From an uncultured Clostridia bacterium (GTDB lineage Bacteria > UBA6262 > WVXT01): a stretch of DNA of 64,000 nucleotides. The stretch is taken from NCBI GenBank assembly GCA_964403285.1, contig CAYOFG010000001.1:22183-86182 (forward strand), in the 5' to 3' direction. This document shows, piece by piece, positions 10,195 through 19,648 of the stretch (positions are counted from its first letter, which is position 1; each line of letters begins with the position of its first letter). Under the pieces are notes generated by a model, which did no database searches, was not told where the DNA came from, and saw nothing but the letters and a program-made list of their open reading frames with translations. A program made the position numbers and the translations under genes.

Positions 10195-10262
10195 TTTTAT
10201 TGTATCTTTTTTTTACTATTTTCCAGTCTGTATTATTGTTAACTATTAAAGATTCAGATTAA

Positions 10263-11231
10263 CTATACTTTTACATAATTATCGCCAGTGGCGTAAAAGA
10301 CATAGTGTTTTTTATCTACGCGTAATGTAAAACTTTTTACAATACCTAACAGCCACCAAGAAAAATACTCATAACTCATATATAAAAAAAATAAAAACCG
10401 CGGCATCTTAAAAACTTTAGGCCCGAATACGCTGAACTTGAAGAGTTGAGACATTCTGATAAATATTTCGACAAATATTATGTAAAAAGCTATCCAATCA
10501 CCGCAGCGTACATATTTAAGGTAGACTGCTAATCTAGATATCTCATACTGTCTGAATTTATCTATTGCCTCCTTGCCCCATTTTTTTATAGCAAAATGAG
10601 TTACCTTAACCAAAGAAGATTCAAAGATCTGGCAGCCATTTCTTAAGGCTCTATAGGAATAATCATAATCAACATTTCCTGGTAAGGCTGCTCCAGGACC
10701 TAACATTTCGTCAAAACCACCAATCTTTTCGAATAAATCTCTCTTTACAGCCATATTGGCACTAATACCCCTTGCATGAATTTTTGAGTAGGGGCCTCTA
10801 AATAATAAATCCTTTGCGCTATACAAGGGTATAAAACCATCTTTTATGTTATATCCGGGGGGAGCTAGAACACTTCCAAAAACTATAACAATATTGGGGT
10901 CGCGCTGAAAAGTAGAAACTATTTTTTCTATCCATTCATCATCCACAACACAATCGTCGTCGGTAAAAGCGATAATTTCTCCCTGGCAATTTTTTATCCC
11001 AAAATTTTTTGCCTTACCTGCACCTTGAGAACAAATCCTAAAATAACGTATTTTCGGAGATGTCTTGATATATTCATTTACTATCCTTTCTGTTTTATCG
11101 TTACCGCTTTGATCAACAATAACTAATTCGAAATTCGAATAGCTATTTAATCTTATACTACGAATAGCAGTCCCGATGTGCTCCGGCCTATCACGTGTGC
11201 AAATCAAAACAGATACTTTTTGTTGTATCAT
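10263..11231 (-). CDS. Family 2 glycosyltransferase (GT-A)
   Basis: The N-terminus VSVLICTRDRPEHIGTAIRSI...FELVIVDQSGND and the FTDDDCVV DxD region are typical of GT2. Confidence 0.7.
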   Translation of the reverse strand: MIQQKVSVLICTRDRPEHIGTAIRSIRLNSYSNFELVIVDQSGNDKTERIVNEYIKTSPKIRYFRICSQGAGKAKNFGIKNCQGEIIAFTDDDCVVDDEWIEKIVSTFQRDPNIVIVFGSVLAPPGYNIKDGFIPLYSAKDLLFRGPYSKIHARGISANMAVKRDLFEKIGGFDEMLGPGAALPGNVDYDYSYRALRNGCQIFESSLVKVTHFAIKKWGKEAIDKFRQYEISRLAVYLKYVRCGDWIAFYIIFVEIFIRMSQLFKFSVFGPKVFKMPRFLFFLYMSYEYFSWWLLGIVKSFTLRVDKKHYVFYATGDNYVKV

Positions 11232-11248
11232 TGCCTAAATAACTCCCA

Positions 11249-12094
11249 TTAGGGCGTCCTCATAAACTTTAAAATTGCTTGGTTAACACTGTTAGGATGT
11301 GTTTCATGAGGTGCGTGCCCAGCATTGAGAATTATAACTAAATTTGATTTTTTTATCTTTTTTTGAAGCCATTTAGCCGATTCTAATGGATACCATGGAT
11401 CCTTCTCTCCCCAGATAATGAGGACTTTTTTATGAATCGTGTCATTTTTTCTAATGAGCTCTCTAAAATCACATTCGGATCTAACCGCTACTTGAGCATT
11501 TCTCCCCTCCGCTGTTTTCCACATTTTAAATTGTTCATTAACTACTCTATCTGTCACTGCTTCCTGGTCGCAATAGCCTTCTTTTAACAAATCCTCTAAA
11601 ATTTTTTTCCCCCAGTGGATGTTCTTTTTCCCTTGATTAATCTCAGTTAATGCTGTAGAGCGTTTTTGACTGGCTTTAATGCCTTTAACTGTAGGGTAAG
11701 GAGTTATGGAATCAATGATAATGAGTTTATCAACTCTCTTCGGAAACTCCATAGTAAAGGCGAGCGCAATACCTCCACCCCAGGATGCTCCAATAAGCGT
11801 AGGTTTAGCAATTTTTAATGATTGTAAGAATTGGCGAATCTGCTGCGTAAAGAAAGGGCGGCAATAATTGGTTTCGGGTTTATCTGAATTCCCAAAGCCA
11901 ATCAAATCAGGCACATAAAGTCTAAAATACCTGGACAAGGCAGGAATGTTGTTTCGCCAAGTATAATTATCCGTTCCAAACCCATGAATAAGAACGATGG
12001 GTGAACCTTTTCCATAAATTAAATAATGCATTTTGTGACCTAATATATTTACGTATTTATGCTGTCTTTTCATTTTTATCACTTCAAAATTCAA
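11249..12094 (-). CDS. Alpha/beta hydrolase fold protein
   Basis: The oxyanion region IVLIHGFG and a GASWGG nucleophile elbow (GxSxG) are present. Confidence 0.6.
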   Translation of the reverse strand: MNFEVIKMKRQHKYVNILGHKMHYLIYGKGSPIVLIHGFGTDNYTWRNNIPALSRYFRLYVPDLIGFGNSDKPETNYCRPFFTQQIRQFLQSLKIAKPTLIGASWGGGIALAFTMEFPKRVDKLIIIDSITPYPTVKGIKASQKRSTALTEINQGKKNIHWGKKILEDLLKEGYCDQEAVTDRVVNEQFKMWKTAEGRNAQVAVRSECDFRELIRKNDTIHKKVLIIWGEKDPWYPLESAKWLQKKIKKSNLVIILNAGHAPHETHPNSVNQAILKFMRTP

Positions 12095-12108
12095 AATCCC
12101 TAAACTCC

Positions 12109-13020
12109 TTACTCTATCCCATTCCTCCCTTCAGCCTCAAGAAATCCAGCATACTTTGTTTTACTTATTGCTTGCACTATCTCATCATAGTTCTGAATGA
12201 CATCGGACAACCTAACAGTAGATGACATAGTCATCACTGGCTTAACAGGCACAGAGGGTATATTTAAAAAGTCGAAGATTTTATCTAAAGTCCTTTGATG
12301 ATTTTTTGCTCTTAAAACATCGTCCTCGAAAACAATTTCTAGATGAGGCAAGTTTTCTAAAACTTCCTTTTCTTGCGCTAAAAACACTTCTCTTCTCTTC
12401 ATCCCTTCAATAAGATTATTGCAGTCAATGTATGTCTTATCCCCTCTTGATAAGCTATCCTTAGATTTATACTTTTGCTTATTTTTATATTTCTGCAAAA
12501 ATAACAATCGATAAACTTGTTGATGGAAGATATTACGTCTCTTTAAATAGATTATTTTCCAACCCTCTCTATACAACTCCTGGATAAATTGTTTAGGGAC
12601 CTGAATATTTTGGTTATACGTCAGTTGATTTATCTTTATTTTGATGCCGTATATGTCCTTCTTAGAAAGCGCACACATAGCTTTTATAATAGATAGTGGA
12701 AAGAATACATTAAAAAACAAAATTTCATCATCATATTGAAATTGTGGATGTGATCTAAGAAGTTCAGCTAATAATGAGCACCCTGAGCTTCCTTGTGCAA
12801 AGAAAACAATTTTAATAATTGGATTATTTGATTTTCTCAGAAAATGACTTAGATAAACATGTGTTTCTCTAAGTAGGGCGTAGATAAAGAACCTAAAAAG
12901 AAACCACTTGCCTTTCGATTCCAAGACCTGTAAGAAATCGATCCTTTTAGTATTTTTCAAGTAGAATTGTAGTCGAAAATATATCGCTTTAATACATTTG
13001 TCTATTATATTTTTCCTCAT
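12109..13020 (-). CDS. Sulfotransferase-like protein (Stf0/PAPS-dependent family), tentative
   Basis: FFAQGSSGCSLL resembles the PAPS 5'-phosphosulfate-binding loop. YLKRRNIFHQQVY resembles the 3'-phosphate-binding RxxxxS region. Confidence 0.3.
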   Translation of the reverse strand: MRKNIIDKCIKAIYFRLQFYLKNTKRIDFLQVLESKGKWFLFRFFIYALLRETHVYLSHFLRKSNNPIIKIVFFAQGSSGCSLLAELLRSHPQFQYDDEILFFNVFFPLSIIKAMCALSKKDIYGIKIKINQLTYNQNIQVPKQFIQELYREGWKIIYLKRRNIFHQQVYRLLFLQKYKNKQKYKSKDSLSRGDKTYIDCNNLIEGMKRREVFLAQEKEVLENLPHLEIVFEDDVLRAKNHQRTLDKIFDFLNIPSVPVKPVMTMSSTVRLSDVIQNYDEIVQAISKTKYAGFLEAEGRNGIE

Positions 13021-13076
13021 AGTTCATTCTTTATATTTGCCTAATTATATTCCCTTTATGCTAATGATTTTCTCTT

Positions 13077-14486
13077 CTATTCAGAAATATCTTGTCCTGC
13101 CTTTTTAATCCTTCTTCTTTCTGACAACAAATTATCAAAGATCTCAGCAAGCCTCCCGGTTAGCACTTTTCTCTCATATTGTTGGATGAGACTATCATTT
13201 GATTCAAGCCCTAACTGCCCCTTTTTATATTTCTCATACATATCAAGGATTACTCTTTTAGCTTTTTGATAATCAGTTGGCTCAATTACTACACCAGAAC
13301 GTGTATCCTGAATAATACGAGCACAATCGCTATCTTGAGGAACTAAAGCTAAAATAGGTCTTCTTGCTCTTAAATATTCATAGAACTTTGCCGGGATAAC
13401 GTCTTTACCTTGAAAAGGCTTTCCTGTATCTTTCGTTTCGTTTGTCAACAAGAATAAAACGCTGGCACCACAAATATAGGAGAGCGCTTCTTTATGCTCT
13501 AAATAACCCAACATCTGAACACACCCATCTAAGTTGTACTGCTTAACTAATCTTTCCACGAAAGGAAATCTTCCTCCGATAAAAGTAGTCTTAATTTTAG
13601 TTTTTAAATCAGTCCTTTCTTGAAAAAGTAAATTTAATGCAGCAAAAAAATGGTGTGGCGAGCATATTGTTTTTTTGAAATGACCCGTATAGACAATGGT
13701 AAATTGATTAAATATATGCGGAGAAACATCTTTAAACTCTTCTTCGTCATATCCATTGTGAATAAGAAAACAATAAGTGGAATTAAAATTCCTTTTTAAT
13801 GTTTTAATTTCATTTATGATTTTTGGTTCTAAAACAACAAAACGATTAGCTTTTGCCAGTACTTTTCTTTCGAGTTGTATATCTAAAAGCTTGATGGGGC
13901 GAGGGATATGTTCCCAATAATTATAAGCCCAGGGGTCGCGAAAGTCAGCTACCCAAGGGAGGTTATACTTTTTTGCTAATTTCAACGCAATTAGGTGTCC
14001 AACAACACTCGGCGAGGTAGAGTAAATCATATGGATATCGTATCTTTTAATAATGTTTTGTCCTCTTCTTACAGCAAATGGATACCACCCAACCGCAATA
14101 TCGGGAAATACTAAACGTCCCAATATCCACATAATATATTTCCAGATGTATTTAGCTCCTAACAATTTGTAGAATTTATTTCCTTTTAATTCCTTTTCCA
14201 ATACATATACTAACGGCAGCAATGGACTTAGCCAAAAATAGCAATCCGCTTTATAAATTTTAACATTTTTAGGAATCTCGGAACATAGGGAAGTATCCAC
14301 TGGCATAAATATTTTTGTATAACTTCCCCTTTTTATTGTCAAAACAATCGAACTCCACCCAAAAGAAGGTAAATACTTAACAAATTTTAACGTCCGCTGA
14401 GTAGCTACGCCTCCCACGGGTGGAAAACTGGAAGCAATAATCAATACATTTTTCACGTGTCTTCCCTTATCTAAATAATTACGCAA
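13077..14486 (-). CDS. GT-B glycosyltransferase (GT4-like)
   Basis: The N-terminus VLIIASSFPPVGGVATQRTLKFVKYL and the segment GHLIALKLAKKYNLPWVADFRDPW are typical of the GT4 N-terminal domain. Confidence 0.55.
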   Translation of the reverse strand: MRNYLDKGRHVKNVLIIASSFPPVGGVATQRTLKFVKYLPSFGWSSIVLTIKRGSYTKIFMPVDTSLCSEIPKNVKIYKADCYFWLSPLLPLVYVLEKELKGNKFYKLLGAKYIWKYIMWILGRLVFPDIAVGWYPFAVRRGQNIIKRYDIHMIYSTSPSVVGHLIALKLAKKYNLPWVADFRDPWAYNYWEHIPRPIKLLDIQLERKVLAKANRFVVLEPKIINEIKTLKRNFNSTYCFLIHNGYDEEEFKDVSPHIFNQFTIVYTGHFKKTICSPHHFFAALNLLFQERTDLKTKIKTTFIGGRFPFVERLVKQYNLDGCVQMLGYLEHKEALSYICGASVLFLLTNETKDTGKPFQGKDVIPAKFYEYLRARRPILALVPQDSDCARIIQDTRSGVVIEPTDYQKAKRVILDMYEKYKKGQLGLESNDSLIQQYERKVLTGRLAEIFDNLLSERRRIKKAGQDISE

Positions 14487-15425
14487 TTATTTTGATATAT
14501 ATAAACAGTGTGTCTTGTCAATTGGATATTTCAAGCTTTTTATAATCCCGAGTAAAAACCAGTATGTTGAAAAAAAACCTGAACAGAATTTTAATAAGAC
14601 ACATAGTTTAGTAATTAAGAATCTCTCAAACATTGTATACATTATGATCCTATGTGTTCTCATAATAACGATTTTGAAAAATATCAAAAGGGCTACAAAA
14701 TCTAAACATCGCATATGCTTAAAAAGCCAACCTGCTAAACTTATATTAGTCTTTTTTATCGCCAACTCCAACTCTCGCAAATCCTTGATATTGTGCCCTA
14801 AAAAATGAGTTACAATAATTTTCTTAACACACAGAATTTGAAACCCAGCCCTCAAGGCTCTATATGCAAAATCCTGATCTTCACTCGAAAACAAAGGACT
14901 GCCAGGACCTAAAAATATATCAAAACCTCCGAGTGTATTGAAAATATTTCTTTTAATAGACATATTGGCTCCATCTGCAACAAATAGTAATTTTGAAAGA
15001 CGGCCCGATATTTTTCTATCATTTATAAGTTTCCTTGCATATTTTCTCCCCACTAACGCCACATTATCTACCACGCTACCAAACACTATACCTACATCTG
15101 GATTCCTTTGGAAAGCTTCTACTATTTTCTCTATCCAATCTTGATTAACAACACAATCATCATCAGTCGTTGCAATGATATCCCCTGAACTATTTTTGAT
15201 TCCTAAATTGAGTGCTTTTGATTTCCCTTTATCCTTCATATGCAGATATCTTATTCTTCCATCAAGGGATATATATTTTTCTGCTATTTCTTTGCTCTTT
15301 TCATCTGTACTTTGGTCAACTATCAAGAACTCAAAGTCGGGGTACGTATTCTTGAGAATACTATAAATACACGACTGAATAATATCGGGTCTATTGCGGG
15401 TACAAACAAGTACTGTAATTTTCAT
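14487..15425 (-). CDS. Family 2 glycosyltransferase (paralogue of 10263..11231)
   Basis: The gene begins MKITVLVCTRNRPDIIQSCIYSI...FEFLIVDQSTDEKS and contains TTDDDCVV. Its C-terminal half is collinear with the other GT2. Confidence 0.7.
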   Translation of the reverse strand: MKITVLVCTRNRPDIIQSCIYSILKNTYPDFEFLIVDQSTDEKSKEIAEKYISLDGRIRYLHMKDKGKSKALNLGIKNSSGDIIATTDDDCVVNQDWIEKIVEAFQRNPDVGIVFGSVVDNVALVGRKYARKLINDRKISGRLSKLLFVADGANMSIKRNIFNTLGGFDIFLGPGSPLFSSEDQDFAYRALRAGFQILCVKKIIVTHFLGHNIKDLRELELAIKKTNISLAGWLFKHMRCLDFVALLIFFKIVIMRTHRIIMYTMFERFLITKLCVLLKFCSGFFSTYWFLLGIIKSLKYPIDKTHCLYISK

Positions 15426-15491
15426 TATAACTTCCCAACGTTAGTCTGTTAAATTTTGACTATTTAACTCTATAAAATGTCGTCGCTTTAT

Positions 15492-17243
15492 TTATCTAGT
15501 ATCTCTAGTCGGGGAGATTGAATATTTGATTCCGAAAGGAGTATCCCCATCTTCTTCGGACACATACATACTGAAACCATACGCTGTATCAAAACCTTTA
15601 TCACCAGTAGTGTTTTTTACCTTAACCAATAATTTATTTTCGCCCTCAATTAGATTAATAAGCAGGTTATTTTTTACCCATTCAAAATCTCCGGTATTGC
15701 CATTGGTATAAATATTCTTTCCATTAAGCCATATCTTGATACCGTCAAGGCTACCAAAGCGAAGATATACATCTTTGATGGGGCGTTCTGCAACTATCCG
15801 CGTAAATGCATAAGTGATGCAATCTCCCGGATTTTTGTAGTGCCCTAAAAGATCCATATAATCTGTATAATCCTGAAATATAGTCCAGGATTTACCTGCT
15901 GTGATATCGCCCGTCGCTGGCGAGATACCTTGTTCCCCCTTTAAATAGTCATGCTCAATATCCTCACCATTATGCGGTCCATTAAGTAACCATGTTCTAA
16001 TCCCTCGTCCCTGAGGACTAATGCGCGATTTTTTAAACTCATATCTGATTTTATCAAGCTTGGGACCATTTATGCTAATATGCTTAAGATCCAAGGTTTT
16101 CCCAAAGCACTTATTTCGGCTCAAATGTAGATATTCGATATCCCATGGATTGAATCCCATTATATAAGCCCCTACCGCATCCACAGCGACAGGGTCTTTC
16201 CCGGCTATGATTAGATTTCTCTTGACCGGCGATCCATACAATGGCCCTTCACCTTCCATCCCCCAAATACCTTCAATAATCCCAAAATCTGGCGGGTGAT
16301 AAGAAACTAAATCAACTACCGTCCGATCTATTGTATGATCCCATCTAACTCCAAATTGTTTATTTTTCCTATACTCTCCGTGAGGAAGCATGAAGTGATC
16401 AACATTATATTTTGAATATACTTCAGCAGGCGTTATCCCAATAAATAATTTGTGCAGCAGACTAGCCTTCACGAGGAGGTGGGTCTTCATCACAGCTACC
16501 CCAATCAGACGGTTACACCTTAAAATAGCATCAGGGATAGTATAGGAATCCTGAGAAAGGCCGCCTCCAGGAACAGGGACATCTTTAGTATACGGCGATG
16601 TTGCAGAATAATCTAGGTCCATATAGTCAATTTTTATTTTGGTTGTTGCAGCTAAATTCTTGAGCATTTCATCGTAAGATAACCCACCATAATCTTGCCA
16701 ATGACCTGTCCACCCGTCTTCTTCGCCATTTCCAAGCTTACTTGTATTTTTCCAAGTCTTGCCCTCAACAACAGTTATGCGACTAGCATCTCCCTCTTCT
16801 ATCAATTGTTTAATTAAACTCTTTACAACTCTCAAATCGGTAACCATCCCCCTTGTTATGCTAGTACTTCCTAGGGCAGGATTGGTAACTACCGCTTTCT
16901 TAGCTTCCTCTTGCCAGGGCGTTGCCATTATATTAGGCTTAATAGCCACCCAATCGCCAGGTTGTATTATATCCCTAAGCCCACCGGCTCTTTGAACAGC
17001 CAGACGGGTCATAGCATCCACCTGTTCGTCAGTTAGTTCGCTATTCAGCTCTGCTGGCGATGGTAATTTAGTATCGTTTGACTGGCAAACTCCGACTACA
17101 GGTTTTTCTTGGGGAGGAACTTCCGATAATGGATCAAAACATATTGAATCCTGGCGAGCACTTGTATATTGAGATTGCACGAAAATCAAGATTGTAGTCA
17201 AACCAACAGCTACTGCTAGCATCCATTTTCTTTTAATATTCAT
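15492..17243 (-). CDS. Secreted protein with DUF362-like region and a C-terminal lectin/LamG-like beta-sandwich
   Basis: The signal peptide is MNIKRKWMLAVAVGLTTILIFVQSQ. VAIKPNIMATPW and VMKTHLLVKASLL resemble DUF362 motifs. The C-terminal IKIWLNGKNIYTNGNTGDFEWV...KGFDTAYGFSMYV looks like a concanavalin/LamG jelly-roll. Confidence 0.3.
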   Translation of the reverse strand: MNIKRKWMLAVAVGLTTILIFVQSQYTSARQDSICFDPLSEVPPQEKPVVGVCQSNDTKLPSPAELNSELTDEQVDAMTRLAVQRAGGLRDIIQPGDWVAIKPNIMATPWQEEAKKAVVTNPALGSTSITRGMVTDLRVVKSLIKQLIEEGDASRITVVEGKTWKNTSKLGNGEEDGWTGHWQDYGGLSYDEMLKNLAATTKIKIDYMDLDYSATSPYTKDVPVPGGGLSQDSYTIPDAILRCNRLIGVAVMKTHLLVKASLLHKLFIGITPAEVYSKYNVDHFMLPHGEYRKNKQFGVRWDHTIDRTVVDLVSYHPPDFGIIEGIWGMEGEGPLYGSPVKRNLIIAGKDPVAVDAVGAYIMGFNPWDIEYLHLSRNKCFGKTLDLKHISINGPKLDKIRYEFKKSRISPQGRGIRTWLLNGPHNGEDIEHDYLKGEQGISPATGDITAGKSWTIFQDYTDYMDLLGHYKNPGDCITYAFTRIVAERPIKDVYLRFGSLDGIKIWLNGKNIYTNGNTGDFEWVKNNLLINLIEGENKLLVKVKNTTGDKGFDTAYGFSMYVSEEDGDTPFGIKYSISPTRDTR

Positions 17244-17541
17244 ATTTTGGCTCCTTTATCTTATGTTTTTCACCAAATACAATTGAGCAAACAAATTCAA
17301 CAGAGTCATAGTTCTTTTATGCGCATATATCATTTCCTATAAGTCCACATCACCCGAAATTCAGAAGAATATCTACCTTCCCCGTCTCTTAGCCAGAATT
17401 GATCAGAGGATGGTAACATTTCAGAAATACTAACAGCACCGTTTTATACCAAGTCATTCTTTGGAATATTATGTTGTTAATTTCTCTCCAACCATGCGTA
17501 AGGGAAACCCTGTGTTCTCGCAGTAGTTATTACCCTTCTTA

Positions 17542-18729
17542 TTATCTATGTCCATTATAAGCCTCCAAGTAGATTCTTCCCCGCCAAGACGGCTCTTTCT
17601 TAATTGTTAATTCAAATAGCGCCTTGCCCCCAATGCCTATAAAGAGAATGGCTCCTAAAGGAAATCCTAATGCATACCAAGGAGCAAAATTATCTTTCTT
17701 ATAAAAAACCATCGCTATAAAAAATAGAATAAGAATTTCCAGACCCGGCCAGAACATCAGGCTTAATTTTATCTGCCAGAATTTAAACACAAGAAGGTAA
17801 ATTAAAATACCAATTGGACTAAGAACGATCAGTATAATTAATGCAATCAAAAGAAAAAAATACCTGTTGCTTTTTAATTGAAAAAATTTATAAAACAGCT
17901 TAGAATAACTAGTTACGATTTCATTCAAATTGTGAAATTTTCGCACCTTTATCATATGAGAACCATCCAATAATGCTGCCCTACATCTTGCTTTCTTAAA
18001 GCTTCCCATCAAAGCAGCCGATTCTATAAATTCGTTTTTTACCGCTTGATGACCTCCTAATTTTTCATATATACTTCTTTTAACAAAGATGAAGTCACCT
18101 TTTGCCTCTATAGCAGTCGTATGCATATCATTTACTTTTTTGGGAGATGGATAAAACCAAGCCTTAATAAAGTTTATACTAGGGGGTATTATTCTCTCCC
18201 AGAAACTTTTGACTAAAAGTCTGTATTTTAAAGTCAGAAAATCAACATCATTTTTAACTGCATACTGATAAACTGAGTTGACAGTCAACGGACTATGGAC
18301 AACATCGGCATCACTAAACAAGAACCACTCTCCTTTCGCTATCTGCGCTCCTTGATGAAGAGCCCAACATTTACCCATCCATCCTCCAGGTAAGGGCGTG
18401 GTTTGAATTAATTTTATCCTTGTATCTTTTTTAGCAAACCCTTGGACAATTTCAAAGGTATGGTCACTGGATTGGTCATCAATGACGATAATTTCCAAAT
18501 TTGGATAGTTTTGTTTAAAAAGAGAATCTAGGCATTCTCCAATTGATTTTTCTTCATTTCTGGCAGGAACTAGAATTGATATAAGTGGATTTGCGCTATT
18601 TAAACTCTCAGCAATAGGTAAAGATTCCCAAGAATTAATATAATGCATTGCCCTTAGGCAACAGAGAATTGTTAAGATTAATATGCTGAATTCAATAATC
18701 TCTACCATCTTCTTTATCTCATTTAACAT
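17542..18729 (-). CDS. Membrane-bound family 2 glycosyltransferase
   Basis: An N-terminal TM helix precedes PLISILVPARNEEKSIGECLDSLFKQNYPNLEIIVIDDQSSDHT and a DADV DxD motif. Several C-terminal TM helices follow, giving a synthase-like topology. Confidence 0.65.
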   Translation of the reverse strand: MLNEIKKMVEIIEFSILILTILCCLRAMHYINSWESLPIAESLNSANPLISILVPARNEEKSIGECLDSLFKQNYPNLEIIVIDDQSSDHTFEIVQGFAKKDTRIKLIQTTPLPGGWMGKCWALHQGAQIAKGEWFLFSDADVVHSPLTVNSVYQYAVKNDVDFLTLKYRLLVKSFWERIIPPSINFIKAWFYPSPKKVNDMHTTAIEAKGDFIFVKRSIYEKLGGHQAVKNEFIESAALMGSFKKARCRAALLDGSHMIKVRKFHNLNEIVTSYSKLFYKFFQLKSNRYFFLLIALIILIVLSPIGILIYLLVFKFWQIKLSLMFWPGLEILILFFIAMVFYKKDNFAPWYALGFPLGAILFIGIGGKALFELTIKKEPSWRGRIYLEAYNGHR

Positions 18730-19624
18730 CCCATTGCTTAATAGGGTCTCTTGAAGTACAATCTATAATACAAATGTCAAGGAATTTTCCAGAAGTTATT
18801 TTTTCTCTGTATTCTACAGCCTTTGATGAATTCCAAATTTCATAAATTCCTTTATTTTTTACATTCCCGAGAATATGTTTACCTTTATAATCCCAGCAAC
18901 AAGGATTTACTGACCCATCCCAATTAATAACCATTCCTTGCGTACAAGGATATCTACCTTGTGCATTATATGGCCTAATTGTACGAAAATTTTTTTGATA
19001 CCTGGAGTAAGAAGTATTTATAGGAACAAACCTATTGAATGTTTCCTGTTTCATATCCATAACATTAAAGGACTTTATGACAACTTCATGAAAACCTATT
19101 TCTCTAGCAAATTTATCCACTAATTCTGTCTGTTCTACCTGATGTAAATTCTCCTTATGAGCAACCATCTGCATAACTAATCTTGTTTTGGTGCCTTCTA
19201 AAACTGGCACTAATTTTTTAACGCCTCTAATTACTCTTTCAAGATTTCCGTTTTTTTGATGTATCTCATAAACTTCCTGGGTCAGTCCATTGATAGAAAT
19301 TATAAGTTCATCCAGAGTTGTGAAAAAACTCAAATCAGAAAAATCTTCCAACTTACACCCGTTTGTGCTGAGTGCTTTTAAACATTTATAATGCCTTATG
19401 CCTTCTAACATTTCTGACAGATGGGGATTTAATAAAGGGTCGCCATAGTTCCATAAGAATGCTTTATAGATATTATTCCCTGCTTCTCTAAAAATATCCA
19501 AAAATAGCTGGGAATCCATATCACCATAACCTCTCAACAATACTGGATTTGGGCATCCAATACATCGATAGTTACATCTGCTACTTATTTCTATGACTAA
19601 TCCTTCTAATACGGGTCCATTCAA
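18719..19624 (-). CDS. Radical SAM enzyme with SPASM/twitch C-terminal Cys cluster
   Basis: The CNYRCIGC (Cx3Cx2C) motif lies near the N-terminus. The C-terminal cluster is NPCCWDYKGKHILGNV...CIIDC. The stop overlaps the downstream GT2 start by 11 nt. Confidence 0.7.
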   Translation of the reverse strand: MNGPVLEGLVIEISSRCNYRCIGCPNPVLLRGYGDMDSQLFLDIFREAGNNIYKAFLWNYGDPLLNPHLSEMLEGIRHYKCLKALSTNGCKLEDFSDLSFFTTLDELIISINGLTQEVYEIHQKNGNLERVIRGVKKLVPVLEGTKTRLVMQMVAHKENLHQVEQTELVDKFAREIGFHEVVIKSFNVMDMKQETFNRFVPINTSYSRYQKNFRTIRPYNAQGRYPCTQGMVINWDGSVNPCCWDYKGKHILGNVKNKGIYEIWNSSKAVEYREKITSGKFLDICIIDCTSRDPIKQWDVK

Positions 19625-19648
19625 ATCTAAAAATGCCTCCTGCCTTGC

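Noticed and set aside
17244-17541. 22 aa minus-strand ORF (MTWYKTVLLVFLKCYHPLINSG) as a RiPP precursor for the nearby rSAM/SPASM enzyme
   Set aside because: It has no Shine-Dalgarno and no leader or core-like features. It also sits in the likely promoter region of the secreted-protein gene.
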